DNA of 53,280 nucleotides from Prorocentrum cordatum. Taxonomy: Eukaryota. Below, one piece after another: positions 37,520-49,217 of the stretch. The DNA lies in NCBI GenBank assembly GCA_963575745.1, contig CAUYUJ010000330.1, positions 62,001 to 115,280 of the forward strand, given 5' to 3'. Each line of letters begins with the position of its first letter. Within the stretch, counting starts at the first letter, position 1. The notes under the pieces were generated by a model. That model saw nothing but the letters and a program-made list of their open reading frames with translations, was not told the DNA's origin and searched no databases. The position numbers and the translations under genes were made by a program.

Positions 37520-37864
37520 ACGGGTCTCGTCGCCAGGGCGCTCTGGTGAGTCTGGGCACGGCGGCGTGGCCAGCCTCGCCTCAGACCCTTATTACAGTTT
37601 GTACTGTTTCACGTTTGGCTTAAGTCCGACCGAGACGTCGACATTAATTGCCCCTCGCTAGCGCATGGGAAAACGAAAGACCCGTACCGTCGACAGCGCC
37701 GCCGATCTTCACGAGAAGCGTGTGGCTGTCAGCTTGGATTCGTGGTTGCGTGGTGTGTTGTGGACTTTGCCGCCGAATACTCGATTCGTGAACCCTTGCC
37801 CTGTTTCTCAGCTGGCTGTGGTAAGGCACTTAGAGTTGGTTGAAGCAGAACATACGCTCACGTG

Positions 37865-38270
37865 CGATTTTCACGGTCAAGACTTTTTGCTCCAGTCTGC
37901 TTTGGGTTGTGTACGTTTGTGCAACAGTTTGCCGGATTTTATAGTCGCTGCCATTTTCGTCGGAGAGTTCCAATCTCGGTTGCAGGCCTCCGTTCTGTTC
38001 CTTGTGCAGCGCGGTGATGCTGATTGGGATGTCCCTCTGTTCTGGCGCGTTCCGTTCGCGAGCTCTTCCGGGATTGGCGCGGCTAGTCTGGCAGTCCTCC
38101 CTTTCATCTCCTTCCTTCCCTCCTTCCCTCCTCCCTTTCCCCCTGTCTCTCCTCCGTCTGCTGTCGTCGTATCTTCGTGTTCCACCGTGTCTCTCTCGTC
38201 CTCCTCCCCTCTCCCCCCTCCCGGCCGCCTGGCATTGAGTGCCAGGTGCGCGCGCCGCGCGTCGCCTCCC
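37865..38270 (+). mobile_element. LINE copy C, 3' stub
   Basis: DFLLQSALGCVRLCNSLP...EFQSRLQ...WRVPFAS aligns to the ORF2 C-termini of copies A and B; a pyrimidine-rich 3' UTR follows. Confidence 0.8.
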
Positions 38271-38274
38271 TCGG

Positions 38275-39100
38275 GCCGGTTGAACGGGAGTTCGAGATCG
38301 CTCGGCGCTTTTTGAGCAGCGAGCAACAGGAGTGCGAGCAGTGCGTCGCCGACGCGCGCTATGCGGCGACGGTGTGCACATCCAGGGCGAGCTCGACGAG
38401 TGCGTGGCCGAGCGCGACGCCGCCCTGGGCGCGGTCGGGAAGGTCCGCGAGGCTGGGATGGCGATCGTTCTTTCTGAGCGTGCTTTGGAGGATTTGGCGA
38501 CGCTGTGGCAGAGTTGCGTGTTGAGACTGCGGTCAGCTCTGCCAGTGACCGGCTGCAGGGCGAGTGGCGCGAGGCAGTTTTGGAGATTCGTCGCCAGCGT
38601 GGTCTCAACGAGCAGGGCCGCGCCCAGCTTTGAGATGAAGCTGCGCAGTTGAAAGCAGAGGCGGCCGACCTGAACAGGAAGTTCCACGAGGAGTCTGAGA
38701 TCGTGGAGTTGGCTCGCCGCCGATGGACGGTTCGGGGCCAAGCACATGCTGGTGATCTCCGCGAGGAATTTCGCGTGGCCGCTGTCCGATGCGAGGCGAT
38801 CGAGGCCGACGCAGCCAAGCAGGTCGCAACAGCTCGGGCCGATGCTGACGCCCGCGTGGCAGCTGCCCAGCATGCCGAGGTCGAGCACGGGCGTGGCGCT
38901 GATTCGGCGTGGGTTAACTTCTACGCCAGCCATGCGCTTCATCGCACCGAGCGTGATCGCTACGTGGAGGAGATCGGCGAGGTGCAGACTGAGGCCAGGG
39001 AGTTGCGGGCAGAGAAGGCCGCAGAAATTGCCCAGGAGCTGGTCCAGCTGCAGCGCGAGTGGGAGGGCCAGGATGTTGACTTTGATTGCGCGAGCCACGC
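38275..39100 (+). pseudogene. Decayed coiled-coil protein fragment, possibly gag-like
   Basis: E/A/R-rich helical reading frames broken by frameshifts (VEREFEIARRFL...; EIGEVQTEARELRAEKAAEIAQELVQLQREW). No diagnostic motif. Confidence 0.35.
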
Positions 39101-39261
39101 CAGGCATGCGGGTCATCATCTGCCGCCACGCTTTGCAGCGCAGGGGGTGGGGGGGTCACCTCCCCGAGGGGAAGTGGGCTTTGGAAGAGGAGAGGCGAAA
39201 CTTGTTAGACCACCTACGCCCGTAAGGCTGGTGGGATCCAGAGAATCCGAACGGCCTAAGG

Positions 39262-39458
39262 GCGTGCCACTCAGTGCCTACGGCACGGTGGCGGATAGCG
39301 CATCCCACAGCTTTAGTTGATGTCACCGCGCGAAAAATGCGAGTAATGCTGCGGACGCGAATCCCGATCTAAGGGACCCCCATTTGCAACATGTGCACGG
39401 TGACAAGTGGTTCGACTTGATGAAGCCAGGGGAATATGTTATGGTGAACATCTCTCGT
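39262..39458 (+). pseudogene. Pseudogene fragment of the GDPH-module gene family
   Basis: Aligns to ~49235-49472 (VPLSAYG...DPHLQHVHG..FDLMKPG.YVMVNI) with a TGG>TGA stop, a deletion and a frameshift. Confidence 0.85.
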
Positions 39459-39464
39459 CGCCGC

Positions 39465-39890
39465 CCTTTGCCGCAAGGGTGGGTGCGCCGAAGATTCGCC
39501 ACGTTCTGGCCCGTTGCTGCCCGTTCCCGCCCGTTGCCGCCCGTTGCCGCTTGGGTGGGCGCGCCGAGGATTGGCCGCGTTCAGGCCCGCTGCCGCCCGT
39601 TGCCGCCTGTTGCCGCCAGTTGCCACGTGGGTGCGTGCGCCGAGGCTTCGCCACGTTCTGGCCCGTTGCCGCGCGTCACCGCCCGCTGCCGCTTGGGTGG
39701 CTGCGTCGAGGACTCGCCCTGCTCCAGCGCGTCGCCGCCCGTTGCTGCCGCCCTTTGCTGCAGGGGTGCCAGCGTCGAGGATGCGCCACCGGTCCGGTCC
39801 GCTGAGCCCGTTGCCCCCGCTGCCGCATGGGTGGCAGCGTCGAAGATTTGCCACGCTCCAGCCCGATGCCGCCAGTTGCCTTTTGGGTTG
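39465..39890. repeat. Degenerate GC-rich tandem repeat (gcccgttgccgc...tgggtg...ccgagg...ccacgttc)
   Basis: Direct inspection. Confidence 0.7.
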
Positions 39891-40934
39891 CGGCACCGCC
39901 AGGATGCTTTGTCGCCTTCTGGTGAGCGGCCACGTCTTTCGACCACGTCGTTTGCACCACGTAGCTTCCACCACGCAACTTCCACCGCAGCCTTCACCAC
40001 ACGGCCTCTACCACATAGCTTCAACCACCGACATGTCCAAACTCGTTCTTGGAGGTTCCGCAGTGGCAGATTTCTGTCCTAGAAGTCAACGGGGATCTTT
40101 TCGTTCGCGTGTTGTCCTTTCCCACTCCTTGCCTTGCTGGTAGTTCTTAGTACTTGGCAATATTTGAGGGCTTGTGTGGCTGGCCAGCCCGCCGGGCAAC
40201 TCTCCGGAACTCATTGTTTAATGTTATAATTTGCATATGTTCGGTGTCCGTGGTTCGCCCCGCGGGTCTTGCCCCAGCAACCTTGCGACCATCGAAACGT
40301 ATGCAAACTGCCGTGATGCGTTCGTTCCGTCGTTGACAGGCCTGTGCAAGAGCCTACGCGTGCGCAAAGATCGTGCGAGCTCGAGTTTCGTATCGCGTCT
40401 GGCGCTCGTGCACTGTGTCAGGCGAGAGCAAGTTGCCAACCGAAAGGAACATATGGAACGGGCGTCGGAGGTAGCAGCATCATTGACTGATAGTTGGGGT
40501 AGTTTAGGGGTAGTTTTGGAATGGGTAGTTTTGGTACGTCGTTCTTGGGGCAGTTTTGGCGAGCAATGTTGTTATTGGGGTAGTTTTGACGAGCAATATC
40601 GTTCGTGGGGTAGTTTTGGGCTCGGGGAGGCACAGACAGCGGCGCCCGTTCCAGAGGAGCGGAGGCGGCTCCGGCGTCGGAGAGCTGTGCGACTGGCTGG
40701 CGCGTGCTCCCAGGGATCCGACGCTCCAATTGACCAGCTCGGGTCGGTTCGGACTAAGAGAACGGCTAGTTCACGCCGATTCATTTTTTTGTTATCCGGC
40801 TCGGTTCGCGCAGTTCGACTGTAGATGCCTCAGGCCTGTGCCGCCGATCTGGGGCTCTCCGGGGCGCCCCGTGCGAACTCGTCTTGTTTAATGGTTTGTA
40901 AGCCTTACCTCGCCAAGGCAGGAGGCAGGATAAC

Positions 40935-41881
40935 AAGGAAGAGGAGGAGAAGGAGGAGGAGGAGGAGGAGGAGGAAAAGCGGGATTGAAAAGGAAGAGAA
41001 GGAGGAGGAGGAGGAGGAGGAGGAGGAGAAGGAGGAGGAGGAGGAGGGGCAGGAGGATGAGGAGGAGGAGAAGGAGGGGGAAGAGGGAGTTGGCAGTCGT
41101 CTGAGGCAGAATGTGTTGAATCGAGTGCTTGCGTCGTGTTTGGGTCGTTTTGGAGGCCTGTGTCGTTGCCTTGGGGCGGTCTTGGAGGCCAGGCCGCGGC
41201 CCTGGCCCCGGCCTCGGCTCTGGCCCTGGCCCCAGCCCCAGCCCCAGCCCCGGCCCTGGCCCTGGCCCCAGCCCCAGCCCTGGCCCTGGCCCCGGTCCCC
41301 AGCCCCAGCCCTGGCCCTGGCCCCGGCCCCAGCCCCAGCCCTGGCCCTGGCCCTGGCACCGGTCCCCCGGTCCCCCGGTCCCAGTCCCCAGCCCGGCCCT
41401 GGTCCTGGCCCTGGCCCCGCCCTTCGCTTTCCGCAGCAGGGCCACCCTGACAACCCCCTCGGCAGAGCTGAAGCTCAGACTGTTTCCCAAGTGGTTCTGG
41501 AGCCACCTTGTGGTCGCCATCAGCCTCATCAGCCTCATCAGCAATATCACCATCATCACCATCACCATGAGCAGCACCATCATAACCATCAATGTTGTAA
41601 CCATCACTGTTACCCAACATTATCATCCTCATCCTCATCCTCATCCTCATCATGTCATCTCAACTCATCTAATCTCATCTCATCTGGTCTCATCTCGTCT
41701 TATCTCATCTCATCTCATCTCATCTCATCTCATCTCATCTCATCTCATCTCATCTCATCTCATCTCGTCTCGTCTCATCTCATCTCATCTCATCTCATAC
41801 CATCATCATCACTATCATAATCTCCATCTCCATCTTCATCATCATCATCTTCATCATCATCACCATCATTTTCATCACCAT

Positions 41882-41945
<64 letters not shown>

Positions 41946-42310
41946 TCCATCACCATCATCACCATCATCACCATCATCACCATCATCACCATCATCATCA
42001 TCGTCATCATTATCACCATCACCATCATCAACATCACCACCACCATCATCATCATCACCGTCATCAGCATCATTCTCATAATCCTTCTAGTTTTCATCAC
42101 TACCGTCATTATACATTTATCATCATCGACATCGTCATCATCATCATAATCATCACCATCATCACCATCACACCACCATCATTGACATCATTCTCGACAT
42201 CATCACCTTCATCATCACCACCATCAACATCACCATCACCACCAGCATCATCATCAACATCTATATCATCACCATCACCACCATCATCACAATCATCATC
42301 ATCGTCATCA
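40935..42310. repeat. Chain of microsatellites: (GGA)n, (CCCTGG/CCCCAG)n, (TCTCA)n, (CAT)n
   Basis: Direct inspection. Confidence 0.9.
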
Positions 42311-42377
42311 TCGGGTGGCTCAGTTCGGTTCCAGAACCACCCCGTGTTTGTCATCGTGATCTTCACCGTTGCAAGCA

Positions 42378-42398
42378 CCATCACCTTCTTGGCTCAAG
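42378..42398 (+). other. Relic dinoflagellate spliced leader
   Basis: ccatcaccttcttggctcaag matches CCGTAGCCATTTTGGCTCAAG at 16/21 positions, with a perfect 3' TTGGCTCAAG, 68 nt upstream of the ATG at 42467. Confidence 0.7.
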
Positions 42399-42466
42399 GG
42401 ACTGTCAGGATTGCGACCCTATCATACATATTTTCAACATTCTCTTGCTTGCGTAAGCGGGTAGAT

Positions 42467-43060
42467 ATGAAGGTGAGGACGGTACTACCCTGCACGCTCT
42501 TGGTACTTGGCAAAGGCTGCGCGGACTCAGAGGCATGCAGAGCCACCACGGCAATGACAGAGGGCTTCGACTCCAATCTTGTGCAGTTGGCCGCGGCAGC
42601 CACACCGCAGATCGGCTCGCTTGATTCGGCGAATTTTTCCAAGAGCACGCAGACGTCAGGATGGGCGCTGCTCGCGACATCGATAAACGGAGCGGCAGGC
42701 ACCTTCGACCTGTCCTCTATGGCTTCTAGCATACAGGCTGGTGGAGGGCGGATCAGAATGGCCTGGAGTTCATCGAGTACTCCAGCATCCACCGACGATA
42801 TGACCCTTTTTGAGAAGGTTATCGAGTTTCAAGTGCCTGGCATCATCACTGCCTCGTCAAGGACCACTGGCGGACAGCAGTGTTCAAATACTAATTATTT
42901 CACTGAAGTGGACGTGACTTGCGTGCAGGGCACGTGCAATATGCCGAGTAAGATGTACACTGGTACTGGTTTCAACAGGATCTGTTACGACAATGCGTAC
43001 GGGGTGGTGAAATCAGGAGGTAACTCGCAATGCGACTGGGGCATGGATGGCCAAACATTT
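42467..43060 (+). CDS. 5' part of a secreted Cys/Ser/Thr/Gly-rich protein
   Basis: Signal-peptide-like MKVRTVLPCTLLVLGKGCA, then ~180 aa of complex sequence with paired Cys. Interrupted at 43061 by a repeat also present at ~47913. Confidence 0.75.
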
Positions 43061-43599
43061 TATCGAAGACGCCTACGGCGAGTCACCGCTGACCTGGCCA
43101 CGCTTGACTGCGTGCCCCCTTAGATGTTTGGGAAACCTCTGGATGAGAATCAGGGATGGGACATCTGGGGCCGCCATGGAGCTTTTTTTCAACACTTTGA
43201 GCCTTTTCGAGGGCCTGTTGGGCCCTCTTGGTCATCTAGGGGCTCTCTGGGGCCGTCGGAGGGCGCTGCTGGGCCGTGTGGCGTTGTCATCTTCGGCTTT
43301 GGGGGGCCCTCTAGGGCCATCTTGGGGCCCTGGTTGGGCCGTCTCCGGGGGCCTTTTGGGGAGCTTTTCGTTTTTGTCTTGGGGCGATCTTCGCGGCCAC
43401 TTGGGTCATCTTGGATTGTGTTAAGACCGAAAAGGTGAGAACCAGAGCATCGTCTCAAAGACATAGGGCCACCAGTGTTTTTCCCAACCATCCTGTGGTG
43501 TTGGGTCCTCGTTTTGAAGAGACAGCGCCCCGCGTCTCCTCTCCTCCTCCTCCTTCTCCTCCCTCTTCCCATCCCTTGCCTCTGCTCTCCGCATGCCCA

Positions 43600-45275
43600 T
43601 CCCATTCTGGCACACCCCTCACACGGTTCGTGGCCCCATAGGGAGCTCCACCGAAGGCCCGAGCGGCAGGGTCCGCATGTGGGGACCGCCACCCATTTTG
43701 GCACACCCCTCACGAGGATGGTGGCCCCACAGGGAGCTCCACCGAAGGCCCCGGCGGCAGGGTCCGCGTGCGGGGACCGCCACCCATTTTGGTACACTCC
43801 TCACACGGTTCGTGGCCCAACGGGGAGCTCCATCGAAGTCCCCAGCGGCAGGTTCCGCATGCGGGGACCACCACAGGCATACCCCTCACACAGTTCGTGC
43901 CCCACAAGGACCTCCACCGAAGGCCCCAGCGGCAGGGTCCGCATGCGGGGACCGCCATGCATTTTGGTACACCCCTCACACGGTTCGTGGCCCCACAGGG
44001 AGCTTCACCGAAGGCTGTAGTGGCTGTGTCCGCATGCGGGGACCGCCACTCATTGATTTCGGCACTCACCTCGCACGGTTCGTGGCCCCACGGGTGCTCC
44101 ACCGAAGGCTCCAGTGGCAGGGTCCGCATGCCGGGACCGCCACCCATTTAGGCACACCCCTCACACGGAACGTGGCCCCACAGGGAGCTCCACCGAATGC
44201 TGCAGTGGCAGGTTCCGCATGCGGGGACCGCCACCCATTTAGGCACACCCCTCACACGGTTCGTGGGTCCACAGGGAGTTCCACTCAAGGCTTTAGTGGC
44301 AGGGCCCCACATGGGGGCTCCACCGAAGGCTCCAGCGACAGGGTCTGCATGCGGGGACCGCCACCCATTGATGTGGCATATCCGTCACACGGTTCATGGC
44401 CCCACAAGGAGCTTCACCGAAGGCCCCAGTGGCAGGGTCCGCATGCGGGGACCGCCACCCGTTTTTGCCACACCCCTCACACGGTTCGTCCACCGAAGGC
44501 CCCAGTGGCAGGGTCCGCATGCGGGGACCGCCACCTATTTTGGCACACCCGCGGTTCGTGGCCTCACAGGGAGTTCCGTCGAAAGCCCCAGCGGCAGGGT
44601 CCGCTTGCGTGGACCGCCATCCATTTTGGTACACCCCTCACACGGTTCGTGGCCCCACAGGGAGCTCCACCGAAGGCTCCCAACTCGGCACACCCCTCAC
44701 ACGGTTCGTGGCCCCATAGGGAGCTCCAGCGAAGGCCCCAGTGGGTGCGTTCGCATGCGTCACCGCCACCCATTACGGCACACCCCTCACACGGTTCGTG
44801 GCCTCATTGGGAGCTCCACCGAAGGCCCCAGTGGGTGCGTTCGCACGCGTCACCGCCACCCATTACAGCATACCCTTCACACGGTTCGTGGCCCCATAGG
44901 AAGCTCCACCGAAGACCCTAGTTGGTGCGTTCGCATGCGTCACCGCAACCGAATTCGGCACACCCCTCACACGGTTCGTGGCCACATAGGGAGCTCCACC
45001 GAAGGCCCCAGTGGGTGCGTTCGCATGCGTCACCGCCACCTAATTCGGCACACCCCTCACACGGTTCGTGGCCCCACAGGGAGCTCCACCGAAGGCCCCA
45101 GTGGGTGCGTTCGCATGCCGGGACCGCCATCCATTTTGGCACACCCCTCACATGGTCCGTGGCCCCACAGGGAGCTTCACCGAAGGCCCCAGTGGCACAG
45201 GCCTCATGCGCCCGACGCTCATTCTGGCACACCCCTCACACAGTTCGTGGCCCCACATGGAGCTCCACCGAAAGC
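43600..45275. repeat. ~90-bp satellite array (ggcacacccctcacacggttcgtggccccacagggagctccaccgaaggcccc...)
   Basis: About 18 units. Two subtypes: ...gcagggtccgcatgcggggaccgcc in the 5' part and ...gggtgcgttcgcatgcgtcaccgcc in the 3' part. Confidence 0.95.
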
Positions 45276-46669
45276 AGTACCCACAACGCGGTATTCTCAA
45301 TTGCGTATGGTTGGGTCTTTCGCCAGAATAATTTCGCCTCTCGAGGCCCTCCTGGGGGATCTTTTGGAGCCCTCTTGGGGCGTCTTGGGGGCCTCTTGCG
45401 CTGTCTCGAGGTCATCGAGGGTCGTCTTCGGGCAGTCGTGGGCCTTCTTGAAGGCATCTTCAGCCTGTAACTCTTGCCGCCTTGAGCGGACGTTGCGGTG
45501 ACAAGGGCTCTCTTGGAGGCGTCTTTGGAACCATCCTGGGCGAGACGTAAACGCCTGTTCTGGTCAAAGCGAGCCTCCTCCCCTCCCCTCAGCGCCCCTC
45601 TAACGGGGACTCCACTAATGGGCATTATTGGCCAGTGACACTGCGAGCCCAGCCCTCCCCAATGTGGGCAACGCTGCAATGCCAGACAGAGGCCCTGTAG
45701 TGGCAACTGTCGGCAAACCTCCAACATAACCCATTAGGTTCGGTAATCTCCGAAATAACCCCCTCTTGTGTGCCCGGCGGGTTGCTGTGCCCTCCTCCCC
45801 CGTCCGCTCTCTGCGGCCGCCCTCTTCGCCTTCGCCCTCGTGCTGCTGGTGAGTGAGGGCGCCGCGCGCCCCCGGTCGCCAGAGCGCGCGAGAGGATCGC
45901 CTCTGCTAGGGGGCCACGTGCGAACCCTACTCGGGGCTGGACAGAACCCCCAACAGTGACACGTCGATTAGTGAATCGTCCGTTTTCGGTTCTCGAGAGG
46001 GCGCCGTGGCCGTTATTTTCCAGGCTTGCGCCCGCCAGGTTTGGGCCTCAGGTCGTTTTCACTAAACCACGTTTTACTAAAGGGGGTTCTGTCCATCCCC
46101 GACCTACCCCTGCCCCCCACGGTTTCTGAAGGCGAGGGTGGGGCTCACTTCGCTCGGGAGCTCCCGAACGGAGTGAACGCCACCCTCCCCCTCAGAAATC
46201 GTGGGGGGCAGGGGTGGGGTTCGCACGTGGCCCCCCTATCTGCCGCGCTGCGGCGTGCAGGCGTGTCTGGGGTGGACCGAAGGCCGCTTGCCTTCGCGCT
46301 GGCGAGGGGCAGCCAGGGCTGCCGCGCTCTCGACGCGCCGAGCGCCCCCGCTCCGCGGGCCACGGCGGCGCCGGCGCCTCGGCGAGACGCCTCCGGCGAC
46401 GCGCCGCCGCCCGCCGGCCCCCCGTGGGAGTGCCCGTGCGGTGGGGCGCCGAGCTGGGCGTGCCCCCGGCGCAGCGCTCGGCGGCCCGCGGCGGTCCAGC
46501 GCGGGGTTTTACCCCTGGGGGCCTCCTCCTCCGCCTCCTCCTCCTCCTCCTCCTCCTCCTCCTCCTCCGCCTCCTGGGGGCCCGCGTCGGGCCACCGGGG
46601 GCCCCGGCGGAGGCCTCGTGGGGCCCCTCGCGGGCCAGCCTGCGGCTCTCTCGGGCCGTCCTCACCGCC

Positions 46670-48172
46670 GCCCCCCTGCATTTGGGATACGCCCACGTGG
46701 CCAGACGTTGGGGCAGAGTTTGGCCGCGTTAGTGGACCATGCGTTCCCTCCAGCCGTAGCGGAAACCCTTCGGGAAACGCGTGGGGGAGGAAGAGGAGGA
46801 TGAGGAGAGGGAAGCACAAGGACGATGGGGAGAAGGATGAGGCGACTTCTTGGGAGCTTCTTGGGCTGCTCTTGGGGCCTCCTGGGAACTTCCTTGGGGC
46901 CTCTTGAAGGCCTGGGCCTCTTGGGGGCCTCCTTGGGCCTCTTGTTGGCCTTTGGCCTTTGGAGGCTCCTTGGGGGCCTCATCGGCCGTCTTGCGGCGTT
47001 CCTGGCCCGTCTGGGGCCGTCGCAAGCCGTCTCGGGAGCCTCTCTGGCCCTTCTCGGAGCCTTTTTGGGGCTCTTCAGGGTCGTCTTGAAGGTCATCTTG
47101 GGCGTCCTGGAAGCATCTTCGGCCGGCTTGGGGCCCTCTGGGGGCCGTCTTGGGAGCCGCTTGGGCCGGCCTTGGGCCATGTCGGAGGCCTCTTGGGCGA
47201 TCTTGGGGCAATCGTGGGGGCTTCCCGTTTGGACGCAAATGCCCAAATCCTTCAAAACCCAAGTCGAAACTAATGATTTTGACCTTGTCCGGCCTTCCTG
47301 GAGGACAGTTTGGAGACCTCTTGGGCCGTCTTAGGGGCCTCTGGGGCGCTTCTTGGGTTGTCATGGATTTTCTTGGACCATCTTGGCGGTCCTGGAGGCA
47401 TCGTGGGACCGAATTGGAGGCCACGTTGGCGCCACCTTGGGCTCTCTCGTCGCCATCTTGGCCGTCTTGGAGGCCATTTTGGTCGTCTCGCAGGCCGTCT
47501 TGAGGCCGCCTGAAGCGAGAAAGCCGATGGGGCAGGGGTCGCCCAGAGCTCGCTGGGTGGCCCCAGCAGGCGGGGCCGAAGCCGCAGTGGGAGTTCTGGA
47601 GGAGGAGGAGGAGGAGGGAGGGGAGGAGGAGGAGGCGGAGGAGGAGGAGGGGAGGTGAGGAGAGGAGGAGGAGGAGAGAGGAGGAGAGGAGAGGGGGAGG
47701 AGGAGGAGGAGAGGAGTAGGAGGGAGGAGGAGGAGGAGGAGGAGGAAGGAGGAGGAGGAGGAGGAGGAGGAGGAGGGAGGAGGAGGAGGAGGTAGGAGGA
47801 GAGGAGGAGGAGCGGAGGAGGAGGCGGAGAGGGAGGAGGAGGAGGAGGAGGAGGAGGTCCCAGACTTCTGGGACGCTTCTTGCCCCTGTGGCAAGACCAC
47901 AGAGGGCGGCGGATCGAAGATGCCTACGGCGAATCACCGCCGCCCCCCTGCCTTTGGGATGTGGCCAAACGTGTGGGCAAAGTTTGGCCACGTTAGTGGA
48001 CCATACGTTCCCTCAGCCGTTGCGGAAGCCTTTCGGGGAAGTGAGCACGTGGGGGATGAAGAGGAGGATGAGGAGAGGGAAGGAAAATGAGGATGAGGAG
48101 AAGGATGAGGCGACCTCTTTGGAGCTTCTTGGGTCATTCTTGGGACCTCCTGGAAGCTTCCTGGGGGCCTCG
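46670..48172 (+). repeat. Two copies of a ~230-bp dispersed repeat (46670-46905 and 47945-48172) within GGGGCCTCTT-type repeats
   Basis: Shared tttgggat..gtggcca.acg...gttagtggaccat.cgttccctc...gagaaggatgaggcgac. Confidence 0.8.
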
Positions 48173-49217
48173 TGGAGGTGGCCGGCGCGCTGGGCCGAAG
48201 CCCCAGGGGAAGTCTTCAAAAGAACCAAGACCATTTGAGGTTCAGCACGACGGCCACCCCTGTGGCAAGACCACAGGGAGCGGCGGTTCTAGTGGCCTTC
48301 GGCCCATCGCGCCACTGTGCCTGGTTCTCGGACAAGACGGCTCTTAGAAGTCTCTTGGGCGGCCTCTTGGTGGCCTCTTTGAGGTCTCCTGGGGCCTCTT
48401 GGGGGCTTCCTGCGGATCTCTGGGGGCTTCTTGGGGGCTTTTTGAGGGCCCGCTGGCGGTCTCGGGTGCCACTGAGGGATGTCAGTTCGTGATCCCCCTC
48501 TGGGCTCCGGGGCCCCTCTTGGCGGCCTTTTAAGCCGCCTTGGGGCGATCTTGGAGGCCTCTTGGGCCGTGTTGGGCGGTCTGAAGCTCGAAAAGGTGAG
48601 AACGTGACAATCCTTCAGAAACATACAGAAGATTAGTGATTTTGGTTTCCTGGGGGCCTACTGGAGGTCTTCTTGGAGCCTTCTTGGGGCGTCTTGGGGG
48701 CCTCTTGGACCGCCTTGGAAGTCACTAGCGGGCCTCTTGGTGGCCTCTTTGAGGTCACCTGGGGCCTCTTGGGCGCTTCTTGGGGACCTCTGGGGGCTTC
48801 GTGGGGCTCTCTTCGGGGCTCGCTGGCGGTTTTGGGCGGTATTTATGGGGAAGGGTTTTAGAATCAGCAGTTCGTGTTTTTGGTGGTGGGGGCCTCTTGA
48901 GCCCTCGTGAGGGCCTATGGGGCCGTCTTGGGGCGATCTTGTGGGCCTCTTTGGGCCGTTCTCGATGCGCTTCAGACCGAGAAGCCGAGCACGCTACAAT
49001 CATGCAAAAACGTTTGTTTTCAGCGATTTTGGCCTCTGTGGTCTGCCCTCAGGGCCTCCGAGACGGCCCAAGAGTGCCCAAGATGGCGTCAGAAGCCATT
49101 TTGGAAGTGTGGGATCCCTGTCAGGTTCTGGAGGCCGCCGAAAGAGTCACGCGGGGCTTCCCGAGAGCGCCCTGGAGCGCCCGAGAGCGACCGGAACACG
49201 GAGACATGGGCGCTTTA

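Noticed and set aside
37660..37685. CA|TGG as LTR end plus primer-binding site
   Set aside because: The following bases (TGGGAAAACGAAAG) do not resemble a tRNA 3' complement; the TGG is more simply part of ATG GGA.
40490..40625. Telomere-like GGGTAGTTTT repeats
   Set aside because: This is a short degenerate ~30-bp repeat, not a TTTAGGG array.
41129..42466. N-terminal 446 aa of the 664-aa ORF (Pro/His/Ser-rich)
   Set aside because: It is read-through of microsatellites; the real start is more plausibly the ATG at 42467, after the SL relic.
43593..45501. Long ORFs (442 and 434 aa) and a CRISPR-like period
   Set aside because: These are translations of a ~90-bp satellite with no unique spacers.
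48780..49217. N-terminus of the 373-aa GDPH ORF
   Set aside because: It is repeat-derived sequence homologous to other GGGGCCTCTT-type elements.
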